Virus record (IMG/VR): IMGVR_UViG_3300035034_001897
Span: 1-64,000 of that record
Direction: 5' to 3' (one strand)
DNA length: 64,000 nucleotides
Source of the DNA: a virus
A program made the translations under genes and the position numbers. Below the pieces are notes generated by a model. That model had not been told where the DNA came from. It ran no database searches and worked only from the letters and a program-made list of their open reading frames with translations. How positions within the stretch are numbered: the stretch's first letter is position 1; each line of letters begins with the position of its first letter. Below are positions 58,182-64,000 of this stretch, piece by piece.

Positions 58182-59090
58182 ATGAAATTGTACTATACAG
58201 GAGCAGTGACGTACGAAGGGTCTCAATTAAATCCCAACAAATCGTTGGGAGGATATCCTTCATCCTCACAAGTACCTTTAGAGGGGCTTGATCAGCTATT
58301 TGGAGCAATATCTCAACAAGACATGCGAGATGGCAATAGCCTTACCAAAGCAGTTGTGTTAAAAAATGAAACAAGTGAAGTTGTTGAAGGAGCTTCTATA
58401 TACTATAAAAACAACTCTCAGTATCCAATATCGAATTATAGAGTAGCACTTTCAGTGTTGAGTGTAGATGATTGCGATAAGCTGTCGATGAGTTCGATAA
58501 ATACTCCATATGATAAACCACTTAACGCAATATTCATCGATTGCAGAAATGAGGATGGATCTTTAACATTTCCGACCATTCAGTTGAATCAGTATATTGG
58601 TATATGGATTGAAAGAAACGTTAACATTGCTAAAGGAAATGAGCAATTATCGTGCGATTTCCTATTAGAGGCACACGACGGAGAGAAGATTAGTCAAGTT
58701 AGTCAATATACATTCAACGATACAGCGGTTGTAGGAAAACACTTTACGTTAGACACCATCACAAATAAATATGTAATATGGTTTGATGACGGTACTGGAC
58801 AAATACCGCAAATTGCTGGATCTTATGAATTATTAATAATAAGACTCGATCAAGAAACTACACAAAGTATAGCTGAAAAGGTTAGTAGCAAGATTAATAA
58901 CATCGTCGGTGAAAAAGGAGAAGTTTCTGTTACTAGTCAACAGAATAAAGTAATTGTAACAAATCAACAACAAGGGCAATCGAGTGATGTAATCACAGAT
59001 TCGTTAACAATTGATTATCAGATCATTACGCAAGGACAAGATTCAACAGTTGAAAAAATAGAGAGCGTTGAGCTAGTTATTGAGTATTAA
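58182..59090 (+). CDS. Virion structural protein
   Basis: SLGG..SS...LF..IS pattern; end of the tail module. Confidence 0.5.
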   Translation: MKLYYTGAVTYEGSQLNPNKSLGGYPSSSQVPLEGLDQLFGAISQQDMRDGNSLTKAVVLKNETSEVVEGASIYYKNNSQYPISNYRVALSVLSVDDCDKLSMSSINTPYDKPLNAIFIDCRNEDGSLTFPTIQLNQYIGIWIERNVNIAKGNEQLSCDFLLEAHDGEKISQVSQYTFNDTAVVGKHFTLDTITNKYVIWFDDGTGQIPQIAGSYELLIIRLDQETTQSIAEKVSSKINNIVGEKGEVSVTSQQNKVIVTNQQQGQSSDVITDSLTIDYQIITQGQDSTVEKIESVELVIEY

Positions 59091-59127
59091 AATTTGCAAT
59101 TAAAGATATTGATTGTATATTTACTGA

Positions 59128-59724
59128 ATGAAGTTGAGATTTATCGTGCACGAACTATATTGTCATTTCGACAGTAAATTTCACAACACAGATCCTAGAT
59201 TAAGTAAGCCTATCGATAATCAATCGATCACTAACTTTTTAATTGAAGTTCATAAAGATTATAATTTGAATTCAATTAACAATGATTTTCTATTCAAATA
59301 TTTCATATATCAATACGATTATTGGAAGAGTAAAGAGATTAGAGCATTTGGAAATCATACAAGATTGATCAATATTATAGGACCGAAAGCGTATAGTAGG
59401 TTCAAACAAATTCAAACAAATTCAACCTATAATTGGTACAATGCTGAAAAATCATTAGTTGAATATGGTATAGACAGATCTATTCTTTCAAGATATAATC
59501 ACAACAAATCGTCAGATCCATCGAAACTTCATATAGACGAGGAAAAAGAAAAGATCGTTTTCAAAAGCAATCATCATTTGCAGTTAGCGCACTGCATAGA
59601 TAACACAACACTATACAATCATAACAGCAATCACTGTCAAGTTTGTACGATGCAAAATGTATGTAAGAGAATGTTGAAAGATAATTTACCACAATTATAT
59701 GTAAATAGAGGTTATGAATTATAA
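59128..59724 (+). CDS. Hypothetical protein with C-terminal Cys cluster
   Basis: C...CQVC....C. Confidence 0.55.
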   Translation: MKLRFIVHELYCHFDSKFHNTDPRLSKPIDNQSITNFLIEVHKDYNLNSINNDFLFKYFIYQYDYWKSKEIRAFGNHTRLINIIGPKAYSRFKQIQTNSTYNWYNAEKSLVEYGIDRSILSRYNHNKSSDPSKLHIDEEKEKIVFKSNHHLQLAHCIDNTTLYNHNSNHCQVCTMQNVCKRMLKDNLPQLYVNRGYEL

Positions 59725-60196
59725 GTATGGAAAATGTGACGATTGCGATTGTGGGCAGGAGCAGTTGATTGTCAACAAGACACACAATTTGTGTAATGAG
59801 AAGAATCAGCAAAGATTAAGCAAGCAGAGAGGTGGTGTAAAGAAGAAGTCTGTATCTCGCATAAAAGGAGTGTCTCAAAAGAAAAGAAGTGAAGGTCAGC
59901 TGTATAAGCAAGCGTGTGAAGAAATTAAGCAAGAGAGAGAGTTACTTTGTCAAGGTTGTGGTACAAGTGAGCGATTAAGTTTTAGTCATTTAGAGCCTCG
60001 ATCTTATAGTAAGAGAAACGTTGCTAACAAGCAAATGATACAAATCCACTGTATGACGTTTGGAGAGGTTGAGGGTTGTCACAATAAATATGAAGATCAT
60101 AACCTTAGCGAACTCAATGATAAAGATCAGATTATAGAGAAGTTGAAGAAATTTGCGCCAGACTATTTTAACTTAATTGAAGACAAAATTAAATGA
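59714..60196 (+). CDS. HNH-like nuclease
   Basis: CQGCG...SH...N...C...CH pattern. Confidence 0.55.
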   Translation: MNYKYGKCDDCDCGQEQLIVNKTHNLCNEKNQQRLSKQRGGVKKKSVSRIKGVSQKKRSEGQLYKQACEEIKQERELLCQGCGTSERLSFSHLEPRSYSKRNVANKQMIQIHCMTFGEVEGCHNKYEDHNLSELNDKDQIIEKLKKFAPDYFNLIEDKIK

Positions 60197-60705
60197 AAAG
60201 ACATTTACAGTACACATCAGAAGATTATATTCAAGAAGCAGATGGAAGAGGTGTGCGTCCTATTAGCAATATTGACTGTCAAATAATAACGAAGATTATA
60301 CAAGTCGTTAAGCAGCACGATTCTCAATTTGCAGATGTTTTAGATCAATGGAAACATAGACCAGATGAGGATGTTTTAGAGCTGATTGATAGTGTGATTG
60401 CTGGAAACTTAGATCCTGAGCAAGTACAGGGAGAGGATCAAGATTTTGACGAATGGATCTCAAACATCTTTATCAAAATTAAAAATCACACATTCAAGTT
60501 GATGCATATATACAGCATATCAACTCAAGACACTTATGCTGATGGACGTCCTTTATATAATTTAATCATAAATAAAGGACCTTTGCCAGCCAAAAACGCT
60601 TGGTATGAGAATACAGTAGTTAAGTGCTATACAAAAGAGGATAGAGATAAAACTATAAAAGAGTTAGAAGACAAATTAAAAAACTACAATTGTAAATTTA
60701 TATAA
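60193..60705 (+). CDS. Hypothetical protein
   Basis: ORF track. Confidence 0.6.
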   Translation: MKRHLQYTSEDYIQEADGRGVRPISNIDCQIITKIIQVVKQHDSQFADVLDQWKHRPDEDVLELIDSVIAGNLDPEQVQGEDQDFDEWISNIFIKIKNHTFKLMHIYSISTQDTYADGRPLYNLIINKGPLPAKNAWYENTVVKCYTKEDRDKTIKELEDKLKNYNCKFI

Positions 60706-60706
60706 T

Positions 60707-60970
60707 ATGGAAGAGAGCAAAAAAGAAGAGTGTTCGTCACTAAAACTGTATGAAGGGAAAGACTTCACTACATCAAAATTGGTAGATTATCTTAACGATA
60801 AATTTGGATCAAAAAAAACAGGAAAGGCCTTTAAAATAGGAGATATTCAACAGTATCTTCGACGAGGATTCTTACCAAAGTCTTATGGACATCACCCTAT
60901 CTGTTTGATAGAGAGTGAAGAAATAGGAGTGAAAGTAGTTCGTGTAGATTTCACAAAAACCGTAAAATAA
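60707..60970 (+). CDS. Small putative DNA-binding protein
   Basis: LVDYLN...KKTGKAF...IQQYLRRG winged-helix-like pattern. Confidence 0.45.
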   Translation: MEESKKEECSSLKLYEGKDFTTSKLVDYLNDKFGSKKTGKAFKIGDIQQYLRRGFLPKSYGHHPICLIESEEIGVKVVRVDFTKTVK

Positions 60971-60971
60971 T

Positions 60972-61622
60972 ATGAAAGTAGCAGATATAGTAATATGGGA
61001 TATTGAAACTGGAGGTTTCAAAAAAGAAGATAATGGATTAGCAGAGATTGCGATGATAGTAATTGATAGTGAAACCTTATTAGAAAAAGATCGTTATGAA
61101 TGTGTTATAGCACCATACGAGCAACCTTCTGGAGAAATGAGTACATATAATCCAAAAGCGCTTGAAGTGAATGGATTGACGATGAAACAGATAAATAACG
61201 GAATCCCTGCAAAACAAGCAGTAAAAGAAATTAAAGAATTCTGCGCTAAGTATAAGAAAACTATGAAAGGTGGACAAGGGAAACTTATTCCAGCTGGTCA
61301 TAACTTAGTTGGATTTGACATACCTTACTTAACCTTCTTCTTAGAAATATTCAAAGTAAAATACTCAGACCTATTTCATCCGTTAGCAATTGACACAATG
61401 TTGTGGACTAGACTAAAATGGACTAGAGATGGATCAATAGCTAATCATAAGTTAGGAACAGCTTGCGATATGGCTGGTGTGGCGTTAGTTGACGCTCACC
61501 GTGCAATGAATGATGTTGAAGGAAACGCTGAACTAGTGAGACACTTCATTAGAAGTATGAGACAGCAAGGTCAAGTAACACAAGCAAAAAAGAAAAGGTT
61601 CAGAGAGAAATTCAGATTCTAA
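60972..61622 (+). CDS. DEDDh 3'-5' exonuclease (DnaQ-like)
   Basis: DIETGG, GHN..FD, AHRAMND. Confidence 0.9.
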   Translation: MKVADIVIWDIETGGFKKEDNGLAEIAMIVIDSETLLEKDRYECVIAPYEQPSGEMSTYNPKALEVNGLTMKQINNGIPAKQAVKEIKEFCAKYKKTMKGGQGKLIPAGHNLVGFDIPYLTFFLEIFKVKYSDLFHPLAIDTMLWTRLKWTRDGSIANHKLGTACDMAGVALVDAHRAMNDVEGNAELVRHFIRSMRQQGQVTQAKKKRFREKFRF

Positions 61623-63335
61623 ATGCCAAATCAGAACAAAACTCATTTTCCAGTAAGTCCGTTAAGTAATAGTCAAAGCAATCTTTCAATTCAACAATTG
61701 AGAGACACTTATGATATTGTAAACGACATTGTTGACAATCTTGATCCTCAAGCGATATTAGAATTATCGTCTGGAAATCAAAGAGACGTTGATCATATCT
61801 TAGATGTATTAGTCGACGAGACAGCAGCAGTCATTTCGTCAAGCAATAGATCAATAGATACAGCAAAGTTTGGGTATTTAGATAAATTTACAAATTCAGT
61901 AGAAGAGACTCTCAGATGTAAGAGTCTCAATTATTTTATACTGACGTGCTTACCAAACTTCATTTTGGGGTGGCACAATATTGAATGGGGAAATCTCATT
62001 CAAATGTATAGATTGTTAGGAGTACTTGCAGCTCGTGATCACGGGAAAAGTTATCAGTTTAGTTTTGCATATCCTTTATGGCAAATGTATCGATATAGAG
62101 CAAAAGGAACAATTCTTAACCCAGTCGCAAAAGAACTTCAAATGGCTCGTGAAGGATTGTTGGTTACCAACGAATTTGGATTAGCTCGTCACCTATTAAA
62201 TATCCTTAAAGAAGAGGTTCAGAATAACGATATCTTAGGAGAACGTTTGATGCCTGACAATAAGAGAGATGGTTGGGGTAATGAAAAAATTATAGCAAAG
62301 AATGGTTCGTCGTTAGCAGTGAAATCTGCAATGTCTAAAATTCGTGGATATCACCCTACATATATGATTTTAGATGATTTCTTAAATGAATCATCTTTAT
62401 ATAGTCAAGATCAGCGTGACAAATATCTTAACGTATTCTTAGCAGTTATTATGCCTGCACTTTCACCAGGAGGACAGTTAGCTATTGTAGGAACGCCATT
62501 CTTCGAGAAGGATCTATATGCATATTTAAAAACAACTGGCATATTCAAAATTTTCGAATACCCTGCAATATTCCCAGACGGAAGGTTATTATTTCCACAA
62601 CGACACACTTTTGATTCATTAATGGAAAAAAAGAAGTTGTTAGGTTCATTAGTATTCTCACGAGAAATATTAGTTAAACCAATTTCAGATGCAGCAGCAA
62701 TCTTTCCATACGAAACTTTAAGGAACTCAATTAAAGGACAAGATGAAGTTGATTTGACGATGAATATCGATAGCAGTCCTCGTAAATATGTCAAAATTGT
62801 TGTTGGATGTGATTTTGCAGTATCATCAAGTGTAGGTGCCGATTACAGTGTATTTACAATTATAGGTGTAGATGAATTAGGAATATTTCACGTATTGAAT
62901 TGCTGGAGAAAATCAGGAGCAAATTACGCTCAACAGATAGGAGTGTTGAAGAAAATCAACAAAGACTTTAGACCTGACGTGATGTATGCAGAGGATAATG
63001 GAATGCAACAAATTTTCATTCAAATGATGGAAGATGCAAACCTTCCAGTAATAGGAAAGACAACTAATGCAGTAAATAAGAAATCTTTATACGAGGGAGT
63101 CCCATCGTTAGCAGTATTATTTGAAACCCGAAGAATTAAATTTCCGTACGGAACTCAAAGAGCTAAAGATATGACAGATTTGTATTTTACAGAACTAAAT
63201 AGTATCACATATATTCAAGATACTGGTAAACTAGAGTCAGTTAGTCAACACGACGATACATCAATGTCTCTGTGGTGTGGTATTAGAGGAGCGAAAAATA
63301 ATATTGAGGATTTTGATTTCTCATTTGTAGGATAA
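61623..63335 (+). CDS. Terminase large subunit
   Basis: Walker A AARDHGKS, IRG, Walker B MILDD, VGTP, nuclease GCDFA and HDD. Confidence 0.9.
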   Translation: MPNQNKTHFPVSPLSNSQSNLSIQQLRDTYDIVNDIVDNLDPQAILELSSGNQRDVDHILDVLVDETAAVISSSNRSIDTAKFGYLDKFTNSVEETLRCKSLNYFILTCLPNFILGWHNIEWGNLIQMYRLLGVLAARDHGKSYQFSFAYPLWQMYRYRAKGTILNPVAKELQMAREGLLVTNEFGLARHLLNILKEEVQNNDILGERLMPDNKRDGWGNEKIIAKNGSSLAVKSAMSKIRGYHPTYMILDDFLNESSLYSQDQRDKYLNVFLAVIMPALSPGGQLAIVGTPFFEKDLYAYLKTTGIFKIFEYPAIFPDGRLLFPQRHTFDSLMEKKKLLGSLVFSREILVKPISDAAAIFPYETLRNSIKGQDEVDLTMNIDSSPRKYVKIVVGCDFAVSSSVGADYSVFTIIGVDELGIFHVLNCWRKSGANYAQQIGVLKKINKDFRPDVMYAEDNGMQQIFIQMMEDANLPVIGKTTNAVNKKSLYEGVPSLAVLFETRRIKFPYGTQRAKDMTDLYFTELNSITYIQDTGKLESVSQHDDTSMSLWCGIRGAKNNIEDFDFSFVG

Positions 63336-63338
63336 AAT

Positions 63339-64000
63339 ATGGCAAAAACATTAACTGGAAATTTTCTTAATGAATTATATAAGTGTTGCACACGAAAAAC
63401 TGATGTGTTATCTCTTGCAAAAATTCATCTAAAGTATAATTTTCTACCATCGGAAGAGTATAAAGAGATCTGGCAGTCAATGTGTGAACATTATGATTTG
63501 ACTGGTAGATTATTGACAATTGGTATGATGACAGAAGAGTTTGTGTCGAATCGCAAAATCTTAAAAGTAATCTCATCAATCAAGTCAGCAGATGAAATTG
63601 GAGATCAAGATGCAATTAATCAACTTGAAACATTTATTAAGAACAAAATGTTCATAGAAGTCTATGATAAACTAGGCGATCTATTTAACAAAGGTGATAA
63701 GCAAGCAACGTTTGAGTTGATAAATGAAGCTGGTGTAATGCTCTCATCTTTTACATTGAAGAAAGACGAATACTTCACAAAAATATATGCAGACTTCTTA
63801 CAAAGACACGATGAAAGGATAAAGGAGCAGCAGCGAATAGAATTAGAAGGACGCAGTAGTAATATAGTTCCGACAGGGATTAAACCTTTAGATCAAGCTC
63901 TTCAAGGAGGGGTTGCTAGAGGAAATACTTTACTATTAATGGCTCAGTCTGGTGTAGGAAAGAGTAAAATGGCTAAATGGTGCGGATTGAGTGCATCAAG
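63339..64000 (+). CDS. DnaB-like replicative helicase (3' truncated), not in ORF track
   Basis: ATG 63339 MAKTLTGNF...; ends PTGIKPLDQALQGG...MAQSGVGKS (Walker A). Confidence 0.85.
   Translation, partial: MAKTLTGNFLNELYKCCTRKTDVLSLAKIHLKYNFLPSEEYKEIWQSMCEHYDLTGRLLTIGMMTEEFVSNRKILKVISSIKSADEIGDQDAINQLETFIKNKMFIEVYDKLGDLFNKGDKQATFELINEAGVMLSSFTLKKDEYFTKIYADFLQRHDERIKEQQRIELEGRSSNIVPTGIKPLDQALQGGVARGNTLLLMAQSGVGKSKMAKWCGLSAS

Noticed and set aside
61623-63335. Intron or intein in terminase, capsid or ThyX
   Set aside because: ORFs are continuous, of ordinary length and lack intein terminal motifs
1891-63579. Numerous minus-strand and nested ORFs in the track (e.g. 1891-2133, 14485-14829, 27974-28426, 32252-32677, 62411-62794)
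   Set aside because: They are shadows of well-supported + strand genes, with implausible composition and no promoter or start context; only the 34752 gene is accepted on the minus strand
1-64000. Stop-codon reassignment or alternative genetic code
   Set aside because: Long genes translate uninterrupted in the standard code and TAA, TAG and TGA all end genes; the tRNA-like element is not a convincing suppressor

Overview
A 64 kb segment of a large, AT-rich lytic myovirus genome; all credible genes but one are on the + strand. The host is probably Bacteroidota (Flavobacteriaceae-like). This is inferred from the repeated GTTG-N20-TAnnTTTA promoters, the general lack of Shine-Dalgarno sites and the Bacteroidota-type signal peptides. 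Layout: 1-12 kb, many small early/accessory genes, a DUF2280-like putative small terminase and ThyX. 12.2-13.8 kb, a largely non-coding tract packed with stem-closed RNA modules plus an atypical tRNA-like element. 14.3-19.5 kb, unrelated proteins (type IB topoisomerase, P-loop ATPase, acidic and basic proteins) sharing an N-terminal leader that ends in [ILV]xKG. 19.6-26.8 kb, nuclease, macrodomain, membrane proteins and a fibre-like cassette. 26.9-59.1 kb, a SPO1/Twort-like morphogenesis module (portal, MuF, protease-scaffold, capsid, neck, sheath, tube, tape measure, lysozyme-hub, baseplate, fibres). 59.1-64 kb, HNH-like protein, DEDDh exonuclease, large terminase and the start of a DnaB-like helicase. 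The two best candidates for undescribed biology are (1) a protease-cleavable leader that may load a set of enzymes into the capsid and (2) an array of structured non-coding RNAs behind a conserved early promoter. All calls come from reading motifs and base pairing by eye; no searches or folding programs were run.
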